Shown: positions 9,920-20,226 of the stretch, piece by piece | How positions within the stretch are numbered: the first letter of the stretch is position 1 | Layout of the letters: every line of letters starts with the position of its first letter | Assembly (NCBI GenBank): GCA_965243025.1 | Contig: CBDETY010000003.1 | Location: 3,104,001-3,168,000, forward strand | DNA: 64,000 bases | DNA from: Candidatus Latescibacterota bacterium | Lineage (GTDB): Bacteria > Latescibacterota > UBA2968 > UBA8231 | Direction of reading: 5' to 3' | Made by a program: the position numbers and the translations under genes | Notes under the pieces: model-generated | The model's input: the letters and a program-made list of their open reading frames with translations, nothing else | What the model was told of the DNA's origin: nothing | Databases searched by the model: none

Positions 9920-10654
9920 TCAGACCACCATGCCGTAGGCGAGGACGAAGATCATGGGCGTCAGGCTGGCGAAGGCGATGAGCCCGAAGCCGTCGACCAT
10001 CGGGTTGCGCCCCCGGATCGACGTCGCCAGCCCGACACCCAACGCGGTGACGAGCGGCACCGTGATCGTGCTGGTGGTGACGCCGCCGGAATCGTAGGCC
10101 ACGCCGATGATCTCCGGGGGCGCGAACGCGGTCATTGCGGTCACCACCACGTAGCCCCCGATGATCAGCCGGTGGAGGGGCCAGCCCTTGAGGATGCGCA
10201 GCACCCCGAGCAGGATCGCCGCGCCGACCGAGAACGCCACCACCATGCGCAGCTCGAAGGCGTACGTGGAGCGCGCCTCGTCATCGGCGGCGATGGCCCC
10301 GGCTTCGGCTGCGACTTCGGCCGCTTCGGCGGCAACGGCGATCAGGGCCGGCTCCGCGACCGTGGTGCCGAAACCCAGGCAGAAGGCGAACGCCAGCAGC
10401 GCTGCCGCGCTCCCCTTGCGCGCAAACGCCTGCGCGATGGCCTCGCCGAGGGGAAACAGACCGCTTTCGAGCCCCTGGATGAAGAGCGTCAGGCCGGCGA
10501 TAACGCAGAACAGGCCGACGGCGACGCGCCCGAGATTCGGAAAGGGCTGCTGCAGCACCACGATCTGAAAGAACGCGATGACGATGATGATGGGCGCCAG
10601 GTCGCGCAGCGAGCCGACGATCCGCCGCAACACCGCGGCCAGGGCTCTGGTCAC
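9920..10654 (-). CDS. DUF1538 family membrane protein (subunit 1)
   Basis: [15 protein letters not shown] and [15 protein letters not shown] motifs. GTG start at 10654 after GGGAG. Confidence 0.85.
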   Translation of the reverse strand: MTRALAAVLRRIVGSLRDLAPIIIVIAFFQIVVLQQPFPNLGRVAVGLFCVIAGLTLFIQGLESGLFPLGEAIAQAFARKGSAAALLAFAFCLGFGTTVAEPALIAVAAEAAEVAAEAGAIAADDEARSTYAFELRMVVAFSVGAAILLGVLRILKGWPLHRLIIGGYVVVTAMTAFAPPEIIGVAYDSGGVTTSTITVPLVTALGVGLATSIRGRNPMVDGFGLIAFASLTPMIFVLAYGMVV

Positions 10655-10898
10655 GGCCGCTCCCCGGATTCCTTTGGGGGCCTTCCGACAATCCCGGGAG
10701 TGCCCCGGGCGGCGAAGATGCCTGGAGTTTCCCGGCCCTGCCATAAGGGCATCCCGCAGATCGGTTCAGCAGATCGCGCCTTGGGCGGTACTGGAAAAAG
10801 CGGGTTGCCGGTTGTCTGGCGGGTGCAGGACATGGGCAGGATTAACGGGATTGAGGCTGATTCTGAAAAGGTTCCATGCAATCGGGTAGGTCGCCCCG

Positions 10899-13802
10899 TC
10901 AGCCCCTATGGCCGGGGGAAATTTCGAGCGGACCAGGTTGCTGCACGTTTCGGGTATAGCCGCATTCAGGCCAGGTCGAGCAGCCGAGGAAGCGGCCGTG
11001 TCTGCCGATCCGGGTCTGCAGCCAACCGCCGCAGTGGGGGCAGGCCTCGATCTGCTGCCGGCAATCCCGGCAGCGGAACCCTCCGTTCGCCGCGACCGGC
11101 AATCCCTCGCCGCAGGCAGGACAGGCCGGCTGCCTGTGCTTGCAGTACGGCCAGTTCGAGCAGCCGTAGAAGACGCTCCTGTTGCGGGCGTTCTCGCGGC
11201 GGACCAGGCGTCCTTCGACGCATCTGGGACAGGGCGCATCCTGCTCCGGCGAACGCCCGAAGACGGCGACGCCGCGGTTCCCATCGATCAGCTCCTGGAC
11301 GAAGGCGGAAGGGGGGCCCCCGTCGGCGAGAAGGAAAACCTGGCGTCTTGCCCGGGTCATGGCGACGTAGAGAAGACGCCGCTCCTCGGCATTCGGATGT
11401 TCGTCCGGGGCGGCAAGAACGAGATCGAGAAGCGGGTCGTCGGCGATCTCCGCCGGAAAGCCATGCCTCCCCGAGCACAGGCCGAGGACCACCGCATAGT
11501 CGGCTTCGAGTCCCTTGGAGCCATGTACGGTCTTGAAGGACAACCGCAGACGCGGGTACTGGCTTGCCAGGCCGGGCAGGTCGGGGGGCCGCAAGTGCCG
11601 GTAGCGTCCCAGCAACAGCACGCTGGATGCCTCCCGGCGCGCCGCGGCGTCCGCGGCGATCCTGTCGAGGGCTTCCCTCAACAGGGGAAGACCCTGCGCC
11701 CCGGCAAGCCCTGCGTGCACGCACGGTCCGTCCGCCTGGCGCGTCGAACGCACCTTCTTGCGTATCTGGGCGGGGTTGGCGAGAACGAACCGGGTCGCGG
11801 CCTCGGCGATCGCCTCCGGACACCGAAAGGTCGTCTCCAGGTCGATCCGCTCGCTGGCCCCGAAGCGCTTCCCGAAGTCGCGCATGACGGCGATGTCGGA
11901 TCCGGCGAAGCGGAAAATCGCCTGCCAGTCGTCGCCGACGGCGAACAACCGGGCCGCGGGGGACTGGTCGAGCAATGCCTTCAGCAGCCTCGCCCTTGCC
12001 GGAGAGATGTCCTGGAACTCATCGACCAGGATATAGCCGAACGGGCTTCGGTAGCGTCCCGCCTCCACGTGTTCCGTCGCCTTGTCGATCATGTCGTGAA
12101 AGTCGATCTCTCCCAGACCGGAGAGGGTCTCCTGGTAGCGCTCGAAGACCGGTCTGAACAGGGCCAGGAACGCCTCGGCCCGCAGCGGGTCGCCGGCTCC
12201 GGCGGCCCGGCGGGAGAGTTCCTCGAAGGAGAGCTGGGCCCCCTTGAAATGATGAAGGAAGGTTGCCAGCAGACGCAGGAACGGATCGATGCGGCCCTGC
12301 CGCTGGAGGACGGCGAAGACCTCGGCCGGGGGAAGCGGAGACAGGGTGACGCCGTGCGCGGCCAGCTTCTCCCTCAGTCTGACGGTCAACACGCCTGCCG
12401 CCCGTTCCCGGCTGTAGGTCTCGATGAGGACGGTGCCCTTCTCCTCGTGCAGCCGGCGCTTCCACTCCATGTCCCGGAGGTTCTTCTTCCCGTCGACGAA
12501 CGACGCGGTCCGGCCTTCGGCGTCGACCCCGAAATGCTCGATGTAGATCCCCGCCTCCGGGAGATGAAAGTCGGGCAGGTACTGGCGCTTCTCCGGGGTC
12601 GCCGTGTCGTGTTCGTAGGGCGCTTCGTACTCGTAGGGAACCCCGTTCAGGTAGAGGAAGTTGGCGATCTCCCATTCCTCCATGCTCTTGACCCTCTCTC
12701 CCTGGAGAGATCGGATGTCGAAGCGGCGGAGGTAGTCCCAGTATTCCCCCCAGTTCCGGAACTCGTGGTGGCTGCGGTAGGGAGCGGACTGACCCATGAA
12801 CCACCTCAGCAGGGCATCCGATACCTTCCCGGCGGCGAGCAGGCCGGCGAGGATCTCCTTCAGCAGGTCGATCAGCGCCCTTTCGTCCTCTGCCGCCCTG
12901 GCGAGTGAGGGACGCTTGCCCTCGGCCCTGCCGATGATCGACATCCCGAGGCTGTGAAACGTCCGCACCGTCGCGCCGCTGGCCACCTCGTCCCCCAAAC
13001 GGCCCCGGATGCGTTCGTCGAGCTCGTCCCGGGCGTCCCTTGCGAAGGCGAGCAGGAGCAGTTCCGACGGGCGCCGGAAGCCTCTCAGCACGAGCCAGCC
13101 GGCCTTGGCGACGATCACCGAGGTCTTGCCGCTGCCGGCCGCGGCGACCACGAGGTTGCGGTCTTCGTCGACGACGACGGCTCTGCGCTGCTCGTCCGTG
13201 AGGGGCCGCGCCTCCACCCGGTCGAAGAACGCCCCGGACCGCTCCAACTCCCTGGCGAGGTAGGTTTCGTTGGCCCTCGCCCTGAACGCATCGGGGCTTT
13301 TCAGGAACCCCCGCACCACCGCCAGCATCCCGGCTTCGGGAGCGTTCGCCAGAGTGTCCGGCCATTTGCCCGGAAAGTGGGCGTCCACTTCCCGCGCGCG
13401 CTTCTCGAGATCGCGGCAGAGGTTGCGGCCCATGTATCGCGGCGGGTCTTCGAACTGCCCCAGGCGCTCGTGGACCGAGCGGAGCCCCTCGCTCGGGGCC
13501 GCGAGCTCCCGGCGCCACCAACCGACTCGGGCAGCTTCCAGCGCCGCCGCAAGCGCCTCCGCGTCAGCCCGCCTCAGCCCGGAAACGGCCTCGGTCCCGG
13601 AGGCATGACGGACCCTCACCCGGCCCCAGCGCCGCCCCGCCTTCAGTTCCGCGGAATCGATGGCGCCGAGAGGGATCTCTCCGGACCGGGACGCATACGT
13701 CAGTCTCAAGGCCGCGGCCCCGACGGCGGCGGCCCTGGCGTCCCGGCTGCGGAAGATCCGGAACAGGACCGACGCGAGCCCGGGCGCCCGGGAGAAGGTC
13801 AC
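10899..13802 (-). CDS. helD: UvrD-family helicase, DNA helicase IV (HelD)-like long form with C-terminal zinc ribbons
   Basis: AAAGSGKT, VDEFQD, VGDDWQAIFRF, TVHGSKGLEAD and EERRLLYVAMTRAR motifs. Topoisomerase-type C4 ribbons (CPRC...FYGCSNWPYC; CPHC...FLGCSTWPEC). Confidence 0.85.
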   Translation of the reverse strand: MTFSRAPGLASVLFRIFRSRDARAAAVGAAALRLTYASRSGEIPLGAIDSAELKAGRRWGRVRVRHASGTEAVSGLRRADAEALAAALEAARVGWWRRELAAPSEGLRSVHERLGQFEDPPRYMGRNLCRDLEKRAREVDAHFPGKWPDTLANAPEAGMLAVVRGFLKSPDAFRARANETYLARELERSGAFFDRVEARPLTDEQRRAVVVDEDRNLVVAAAGSGKTSVIVAKAGWLVLRGFRRPSELLLLAFARDARDELDERIRGRLGDEVASGATVRTFHSLGMSIIGRAEGKRPSLARAAEDERALIDLLKEILAGLLAAGKVSDALLRWFMGQSAPYRSHHEFRNWGEYWDYLRRFDIRSLQGERVKSMEEWEIANFLYLNGVPYEYEAPYEHDTATPEKRQYLPDFHLPEAGIYIEHFGVDAEGRTASFVDGKKNLRDMEWKRRLHEEKGTVLIETYSRERAAGVLTVRLREKLAAHGVTLSPLPPAEVFAVLQRQGRIDPFLRLLATFLHHFKGAQLSFEELSRRAAGAGDPLRAEAFLALFRPVFERYQETLSGLGEIDFHDMIDKATEHVEAGRYRSPFGYILVDEFQDISPARARLLKALLDQSPAARLFAVGDDWQAIFRFAGSDIAVMRDFGKRFGASERIDLETTFRCPEAIAEAATRFVLANPAQIRKKVRSTRQADGPCVHAGLAGAQGLPLLREALDRIAADAAARREASSVLLLGRYRHLRPPDLPGLASQYPRLRLSFKTVHGSKGLEADYAVVLGLCSGRHGFPAEIADDPLLDLVLAAPDEHPNAEERRLLYVAMTRARRQVFLLADGGPPSAFVQELIDGNRGVAVFGRSPEQDAPCPRCVEGRLVRRENARNRSVFYGCSNWPYCKHRQPACPACGEGLPVAANGGFRCRDCRQQIEACPHCGGWLQTRIGRHGRFLGCSTWPECGYTRNVQQPGPLEISPGHRG

Positions 13803-13806
13803 GGGT

Positions 13807-14697
13807 TCAAGCTGAACTGGAATGCTGGGCTTCCCACTCTTCCCACGTCGGCTTGCGGCCTTCGGTGAGCACGACGAGCGGCACCCTTCCCCCCGCCAGG
13901 ATTTTGTTTTTCGCGTACTCGGCGGCTTGGCGTTCCCCGGCAGTCAGATCCGCCCGGTCGGGCGTTGGGAAGTAGCGGAAATCGATGCTCCAGCGGCATT
14001 CCCTCGTCCTGTTCACCTTGCTGGTGTGCACGCAGAGGTTCGACAGGAACAACGCGCCGCCAGGTTCGAGAGGAACGGGAACCGGAGTGCCGCGCGCCTC
14101 GACATCCTCCTCCATGCGCACGTTCAGGTCCGCGCCTCGCGCGCCGTCCAGCAACCCCCAGCGGTGACTGCCCGGAAGGACCCAGCAGCACCCGTTCTCG
14201 ACGGTCGCCTCGACGAGCGGCACCCACACTGTAACCATGCGCAGGCTGCCGGTGTGCTTCTCCTTCCTGCCGATGGTCAGCTGGTCGAAATACTGGCTGT
14301 CCTGATGCCACGGAAACGAAGTGACGACGCTGCCGGGGAGCTTCGTCCGCAACGCCGGGGTGCCGACGTTCAGGACCTCGGGTCCGAGGAGAAGGCCGAC
14401 CACATCGAGAACGCCGGGAAGGTTGTAGAGATCGTAGAACTCGGGCCCGAACATCCCGAAATCCCAGCTGCGCGGCGATATGCCCAGTTCTTCGCAGACT
14501 GCGGCGTACCGCCGCCCGAAGGACTCGTCCTCATGGCACGACGACAGCTTCCCTTCACGGTGCAACTCCCGGCTGTAGGCATCGACCTTTTCCCTGATGA
14601 AGTCGCACATCGGCTCCAGATCCCCGACATCGACAAGGTCCTTGACCACTGCGTAACCGTCCCGCTCGAAAGCAGCCCTTATTTCCTGGTCTTTCAT
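13807..14697 (-). CDS. Phytanoyl-CoA dioxygenase (PhyH) family Fe(II)/2OG oxygenase
   Basis: FERDGY, WHQD, WVPLVEATVENGC...PGSH and VHTSKVN...R motifs. Confidence 0.9.
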   Translation of the reverse strand: MKDQEIRAAFERDGYAVVKDLVDVGDLEPMCDFIREKVDAYSRELHREGKLSSCHEDESFGRRYAAVCEELGISPRSWDFGMFGPEFYDLYNLPGVLDVVGLLLGPEVLNVGTPALRTKLPGSVVTSFPWHQDSQYFDQLTIGRKEKHTGSLRMVTVWVPLVEATVENGCCWVLPGSHRWGLLDGARGADLNVRMEEDVEARGTPVPVPLEPGGALFLSNLCVHTSKVNRTRECRWSIDFRYFPTPDRADLTAGERQAAEYAKNKILAGGRVPLVVLTEGRKPTWEEWEAQHSSSA

Positions 14698-14770
14698 CCG
14701 CCGATCTCCTCCAGTCGCTGTTTCGCCATCAAAGTTCCCGGGCCCGTCCTCCCGCCATGCCCTCCCGGTC

Positions 14771-16378
14771 TCACGCGTAGCTGATCGCCACCTCCACGTC
14801 CATCAGGAGGATGGGCGCCGACCTCTGCACGGCGCCGCGCAGCAGCCGCACCTCCAGCTCGTTCTCCCCCTTCCTCAGCGGCGGGCAGGCCAGGTCGAAC
14901 TCGATGGCCGCTCCCGAATAGCTGGCGTGGGTGAGCCTGGCGGGGAACCCGCTCCACTCGACCCGCCCCCAGTCCCCGAAATTCGTCCTCGACAGCTCCG
15001 AGCCGAGCTGCTCGCCGTTGAGCCACACCTCCATCTCGTCCTCGCCGCTGCAGCCGGTGAGCTTCAGGCTCAGCACGCAACTCTTCAGCACCCCCTCCGC
15101 CGAAGCCGCGGCCAGGTCGTCGGCTATCCCGAAGCGGAGCGCCGGCCCCCTCGGGGTCAGCGTCTCGGCCAGGGCGACCGGCAGCTGCGAGGCCGGCACC
15201 GCGTTCTGGAAGGCGTAGTCGTGCAGGTCCCGGTCGGCCAGGTCGCGGCCGTAATCCCAGCGGAACCGGGTGTTCTCCATCTGGTAGCGCTTGTCGAGCC
15301 TGGCGAGGGCCGCCGGGTCGGCAAGCTCGGCGAACATCCGGCGCTTCCACTCGGGAGGCTTGCTGAAGTAGTTGAACAGGTAGATTCCGGAGGCGCCGGC
15401 CTCATAGTGGCGCGCGGCGATGGCGCGGATCACCTCGTCGTCCAGGGCGGGCCTGAGCCGCTCGATGCAACCGTACACGAGGCAGCCGGTTCCCTCGGCC
15501 GCCTCCACGAACTCCCCGACAGGGGTCTCGAAAGGGATGAAGCCGCCCCCCGCGATCGCGATGTCCACCAGTCCCTCGGCCATCCACGCGGCGACGTCGA
15601 GGCCGATCCTGGCCGCGTCGGACAGCGTCGGGGGCACCCTGACGGCGAGGTCGATGCGGCGCCCCCGGTCCGCCGCCACCTCGGCCATCCGGCCCTTTAC
15701 GCGGCGCACCAGGTCCGTCATCAGGTGGCGGTTGGCGAAGCCGCTCCCGAGGGGGAAGAAGGTGGGATGGCGCATGAAGTCGAGCTCGACGCCGTCGACG
15801 TCGAAGCGCTCGAACAGCTCGCAAATGACCGCTGCCATGTGCCTGCGAACTTCCGGGTGGGTGTAGTCGACTCCGGTGCGGACCCCCCACTCGAGGCTGC
15901 CCCGGGGCAAGGTCTCGCCCGGCTTGCCGATCAGGGCCTCCGGGTGGTCGCGCCGGAAGCGGCTCTCTCCCGACCCGTCGAGGCCGGCGTCGTAGTGGCT
16001 GTTCATCCGCACCGACGGGAAGATGTCGAGACCCGCCTCCCTGCAGAGCTCCACCAACGCGGTCAGGGGGCCGCCCCGTTCCTCGATCAGGCTGCGAATG
16101 TTGGCGGCGCGGGCCGCCAGGCGCGGGTCGTCGAACGGCGTGTCCTCCTCGCCCGGAGGGGACTCCTGCCCGGCACCGAACATCTCCCCCACGCGGGTCT
16201 CGTGCTGGTACACCTCCCTGTTGCCGATGCACCACAGCAGCGCCCCCAAAGGCGCGCCGCGGTAGGTGTCGACCATCTTCTCCTTCAGGTCGCGGGCGGT
16301 CAGAGGGGGTTGGGCCTCGCTCATGATCCAGCCGTCGTCGTTGACCAGGAGCGGGCGGTGGGTCGCCGGTGCGGACAT
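14771..16378 (-). CDS. GH10-like (GHL10-type) TIM-barrel protein with C-terminal beta domain
   Basis: NDDG, SVRMN, DYTHPEVR, DGVELDFMR and GIYLFNY motifs. No signal peptide. Confidence 0.7.
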   Translation of the reverse strand: MSAPATHRPLLVNDDGWIMSEAQPPLTARDLKEKMVDTYRGAPLGALLWCIGNREVYQHETRVGEMFGAGQESPPGEEDTPFDDPRLAARAANIRSLIEERGGPLTALVELCREAGLDIFPSVRMNSHYDAGLDGSGESRFRRDHPEALIGKPGETLPRGSLEWGVRTGVDYTHPEVRRHMAAVICELFERFDVDGVELDFMRHPTFFPLGSGFANRHLMTDLVRRVKGRMAEVAADRGRRIDLAVRVPPTLSDAARIGLDVAAWMAEGLVDIAIAGGGFIPFETPVGEFVEAAEGTGCLVYGCIERLRPALDDEVIRAIAARHYEAGASGIYLFNYFSKPPEWKRRMFAELADPAALARLDKRYQMENTRFRWDYGRDLADRDLHDYAFQNAVPASQLPVALAETLTPRGPALRFGIADDLAAASAEGVLKSCVLSLKLTGCSGEDEMEVWLNGEQLGSELSRTNFGDWGRVEWSGFPARLTHASYSGAAIEFDLACPPLRKGENELEVRLLRGAVQRSAPILLMDVEVAISYA

Positions 16379-16426
16379 TGCGGTCTCCCTGTTCGGTCAT
16401 CCAGTCATGGATGCGTCAGTGTATCG

Positions 16427-16432
16427 TATAAT
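16427..16432 (+). promoter_or_regulatory. Putative sigma70 -10 box for the sulfatase gene
   Basis: Perfect TATAAT in the divergent intergenic region of a GC-rich genome. Confidence 0.4.
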
Positions 16433-16568
16433 AACGGAAGAAGGGAAGCGATCCATGCGGTCGCCGCGGCGGCAACGGACCAGCCGGGAGGCAGTCCGGC
16501 GCCTGTGAAACCACCGCGGATGGAGGCGCAGTCTCCGGGACCGCTTCAACAACGACAGGGGGACAACC

Positions 16569-18104
16569 ATGAAGGACAGGCCCAATCTGGTCTTCATAAC
16601 GAGCGATTCGCAGCGTTTCGACACGCTGGCCTGCTATGGCAATCACCAGATCCAGGTCCCCAACCTCAACGCCCTGGCGGAGACGGGCCACGTCTTCGAG
16701 AACGCCTGCATCACCATGCCGCCCTGCGCGCCGGCGCGGTCAACGATCATGACCGGGCTGTATCCCCACGCCAACGGGTGCGATTTCGACCTGGCGGCGC
16801 TGAGCCCGGAGGTGCCGACCATCGCCGAGCTGCTCCCCCAGGATTACCACTGCGCGTTCTGCGGCCACTGGTCCCTTGGCGACGAACTCGTCCCGCAGCA
16901 CGGATTTGCGGAATGGGTCGGAATCAGGGACGAGTGGACGAGGCATGCCTCCAGGCCGGAATACCGGGAGCTGTTCAGCGCCTACCATCAGTACCTGGTG
17001 GCCAACGGCTTCCAGCCGGATGTGCAGAGGCGCGCGGATGCGCCGGCGGCCCCGGCCGACTGGCGCAACGCCATGGTATTCGACATGGTGACGTCGGCCG
17101 AACTGGAAGAGCCTTTCACCAAGGCGGGCTTCGTCGGCCGCGAAGCATCCCGCTTCATCCGCGAGAACCGGGGCCGGCCCTTCGCGCTGTATGTCAGCCT
17201 CCTCGAGCCCCACACTCCCTGTTCCGGGCCATTCAACGACCTTTACCCCCCGGAGTCGGTGCCCGTCGGGCCCCACTTCATGAAGGCGCCGCCGGCGAAT
17301 GCCGCGCTGGTCAACCGGCTGGCCGCCGAGACCTATTTCGAGTGGCGCCGGCAGGATGATCCGGACCCGCGGAGCGACTGGATAGCCCGTACCGGCGGGT
17401 CCCGCATGACGCCGGCAGATCTGCGCACCGGGGCATTCTGGCGCAAGTTCCGCGCTCAGTACTGGGGGCAGATAACCCTGATGGACCGCGCCGTGGGCGG
17501 CATTCTGCGCACCCTGGAGGAGTGCGACCTGGCGGATCGCACGATCGTCGTCTTCACGAGCGACCACGGCGCGATGATGGGCGACCATGCCCTTCTGACC
17601 ACACCCTACCTGTACGAGGAAAACGTCAGGGTGCCGCTTCTGGTGCGGGTGCCCTGGCTGGCCGACAGGCGGAGAACGGTCCCGGGACGGGCCAGCCACG
17701 TCGACCTCGTGCCGACCTTGCTCGAACTCATGGGAGCGCCGATTCCAGCGAATCTGCAGGGGAGGAGTCTGGTCCCGGTTCTCGAGAACGAGGCCACCCT
17801 CGAGGAGAACGATGTTTTCATCCAGCTGCACAGTCCCGCCAACCGGGAGCTGTGGCGGCCCTGCACCGGGGAGGAGATGCGTATCGTCTCCGGTCCCTGG
17901 CGGGGGATCGTCTCCGCCGAGGGGTGGAAGCTCAACCTGAGCCCGGTGGATCAGTGTGAGCTCTACGATCTGAACACCGACCCCCACGAGCAGCGCAACC
18001 TCTTCGACGATCCGGCTCAAAGGGATCGGGTCCGGACCCTTGCCGACCGCATCCGTGCCTGGCAGGAGCGAACCGAAGACTCGATGCCCCTTCCGGCGGT
18101 GTAG
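16569..18104 (+). CDS. Cys-type sulfatase (S1 family), cytoplasmic
   Basis: RPNLVFITSD, CAPARSTIMTG (CxPxR), FTSDHG and ELYDLNTDPHE motifs. Confidence 0.92.
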   Translation: MKDRPNLVFITSDSQRFDTLACYGNHQIQVPNLNALAETGHVFENACITMPPCAPARSTIMTGLYPHANGCDFDLAALSPEVPTIAELLPQDYHCAFCGHWSLGDELVPQHGFAEWVGIRDEWTRHASRPEYRELFSAYHQYLVANGFQPDVQRRADAPAAPADWRNAMVFDMVTSAELEEPFTKAGFVGREASRFIRENRGRPFALYVSLLEPHTPCSGPFNDLYPPESVPVGPHFMKAPPANAALVNRLAAETYFEWRRQDDPDPRSDWIARTGGSRMTPADLRTGAFWRKFRAQYWGQITLMDRAVGGILRTLEECDLADRTIVVFTSDHGAMMGDHALLTTPYLYEENVRVPLLVRVPWLADRRRTVPGRASHVDLVPTLLELMGAPIPANLQGRSLVPVLENEATLEENDVFIQLHSPANRELWRPCTGEEMRIVSGPWRGIVSAEGWKLNLSPVDQCELYDLNTDPHEQRNLFDDPAQRDRVRTLADRIRAWQERTEDSMPLPAV

Positions 18105-18271
18105 CCGGGCCCTCCCGCTGTGAAGGACCGGGCTGTAATCACATGCGGATCGCCGCGGCGCTGAGGGATCGAGTTCTGGTTTTATTTCATCGCGGAACAA
18201 ACGACCTGGAGGGTATCCAGCGCGGGAAGGCAACCCCGACCCGGCGAGACCGACAGAAACCGGAGGAGACA

Positions 18272-19720
18272 ATGGAGTCCCAGCTGCTGCACGATTTCGG
18301 CACGAAGAAGCAGATCCTTTTCGACGACGCCCTGGTGGCGGACAACCGCGGGTTCCACCTGACCATGAACCCCGCGGTGCGGGCCGAGCAGCCGGCGGTG
18401 GTCGCCGACAGGCCGTGGGAAGCCGGGGGCGCCAGCCAGCCGAGCGTCGCCGCCTGCGCCGACGGCCGGCACCGGATGTGGTACTACAGCACCGAGGGCC
18501 GCGGGGGCAGCCAGTTGCTGTGCTACGCCGAATCCGCCGACGGCATCGAGTGGGAAAAGCCCGATCTCGGGGTCTGCGAGTTCGAGGGGAGCACGAAGAA
18601 CAACATCGCCGCCCGCGGCATCCACGCCGGCGTCTTCGAGGACCCGCACGACGTCCCGGAACGGCGTTACAAGCTGATCGGCTCGGACGGGACCAAGTGG
18701 GGGGTGACGAGCGTCAACTGCGGCGGCGCCCGCTTCCGGTATTTCAAGGGGGAGCTGGAAACCTGGGAGTACCAGGGCGTCATCGGCGCGCACTCGCCCG
18801 ACGGCATCCACTGGACGAAGTACGACGAGCCGATCATGCCGTGGTACACCGACACCCACAACGTCGCCTTCTGGGACGACGGCATCGGGCGCTACGTCGC
18901 CTACGTCCGATGGAACGACCACCTGCACGTAAACGAGGAGGGCCGCCAGGTCGGCTCCTTCGACTACCGCTCCATCGCCCGCTCCGAGAGCGACGACTTC
19001 GCCAGCTTCCCCGAGCCGGTGAAGGTCCACGAGCCGGACTTCAGCCTCCCGGAGGACGACGACCTGGCCGGCGGCGGGCTCTACAACACCGGGGCGGTCA
19101 AGTACCCCCTCGCCGCCGACGCCTACCTGATCTTTCCCTCGGCCTACCACCACACCAGCGACACCCTCGACATCCAGCTGGCGACGAGCCGCGACGGCAT
19201 CGACTTCGACCGCTGGCTCGATCCGTTCGTGCGGCTGGGGCCGACGGGCCGCTTCGACTCGCGGTCCCTCTACATGGGGCCCGGCCTGGTTCCCGCAGGG
19301 GACGAGCTGTTCCTCTACTACGGCGGGCACCCGAACCGGCACGACCTCGACATCGAAGACAGGGAACCCGGGGCGATCGGCCGTCTCCGCGTCCGCCTCG
19401 ACGGCTTCGTCTCCCACGACGCCGAAGCCGAGGAAGCGTCGCTGACCACGGTCCCGTTCGCGCTCGCCGGAGACCGGCTGCAGGTCAACATGGATGCCAG
19501 CTCGCGCGGCTGGCTCGAGGTGGAGGTTCTCGACGCCAGCGGGCACGCCCTGTGGGGGTACGGGAAGACAGAGGCCGACCGCCTCCATTTCAACGACGTC
19601 GCCCAGGCCGTCACCTGGAACGGGTCGGGCGACCTGTCGACCCTGCGGGGACGAAACGTGCGGCTCCGCTTCAGCGGCCGCTGGGTGAAGCTGTACGCCT
19701 TTCAGTTCCTGGGTTCGTAG
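18272..19720 (+). CDS. GH32/GH-J-like 5-bladed beta-propeller hydrolase (paralog 1)
   Basis: QILFDD, YAESADGIEWEKP, RLDGFVS and KLYAFQF motifs. ATG at 18272 after GGAGGAG. Confidence 0.7.
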   Translation: MESQLLHDFGTKKQILFDDALVADNRGFHLTMNPAVRAEQPAVVADRPWEAGGASQPSVAACADGRHRMWYYSTEGRGGSQLLCYAESADGIEWEKPDLGVCEFEGSTKNNIAARGIHAGVFEDPHDVPERRYKLIGSDGTKWGVTSVNCGGARFRYFKGELETWEYQGVIGAHSPDGIHWTKYDEPIMPWYTDTHNVAFWDDGIGRYVAYVRWNDHLHVNEEGRQVGSFDYRSIARSESDDFASFPEPVKVHEPDFSLPEDDDLAGGGLYNTGAVKYPLAADAYLIFPSAYHHTSDTLDIQLATSRDGIDFDRWLDPFVRLGPTGRFDSRSLYMGPGLVPAGDELFLYYGGHPNRHDLDIEDREPGAIGRLRVRLDGFVSHDAEAEEASLTTVPFALAGDRLQVNMDASSRGWLEVEVLDASGHALWGYGKTEADRLHFNDVAQAVTWNGSGDLSTLRGRNVRLRFSGRWVKLYAFQFLGS

Positions 19721-20226
19721 CCTGAACGGGGAATTCGGGCTCCACTGCATCACGTTGCCTGCGGGCGGACCCGACCATCGATTTTTGGACGGAACCCGGG
19801 AAGCAGGACTTCAATCGCCGACCCTGCAGCTGCAATCGAGGATGAGATCGTCAGGTACTGGCCCAGTTGCTCCGCCAAGACCATGGCGGCGGCCGAGCGC
19901 GTGCTGGTGGTGCCCTCGGTGGTCCAGTCGCCGTCGCCTTCGCCGCTGGAGGCGCGCTCGCGCACGCCGTACCACGCCGTACAGGGTATTGTGCTGGCCC
20001 GGTCAGAAAATGGCTGGTGACGGTTCGGGCCCACCGAGGTGTCGGTGCAGACGCCGCCGGAGCGGGTTTCGCGGTTCCCGGTGGTATCGGCGTCCGCGTC
20101 GGGCCCGATCCTTGGGCACCGCCTCCGCCATCGTCGCGGAAGGCGTAGCAGCAGTATTAAATCCCGTATCCGGTGATCGGGGCGCCGCTGGCCGGCGCCG
20201 TCCAAGAGACGACGAGGGCCCCGGTG

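Noticed and set aside
10850-10900. Partial resemblance to a c-di-AMP (ydaO) riboswitch (GCTGA...GTAGG...CCCGTCAGC)
   Set aside because: Wrong strand for the DUF1538 operon, too short, and missing the GGGGGAAC/GGGGTGAA core elements.
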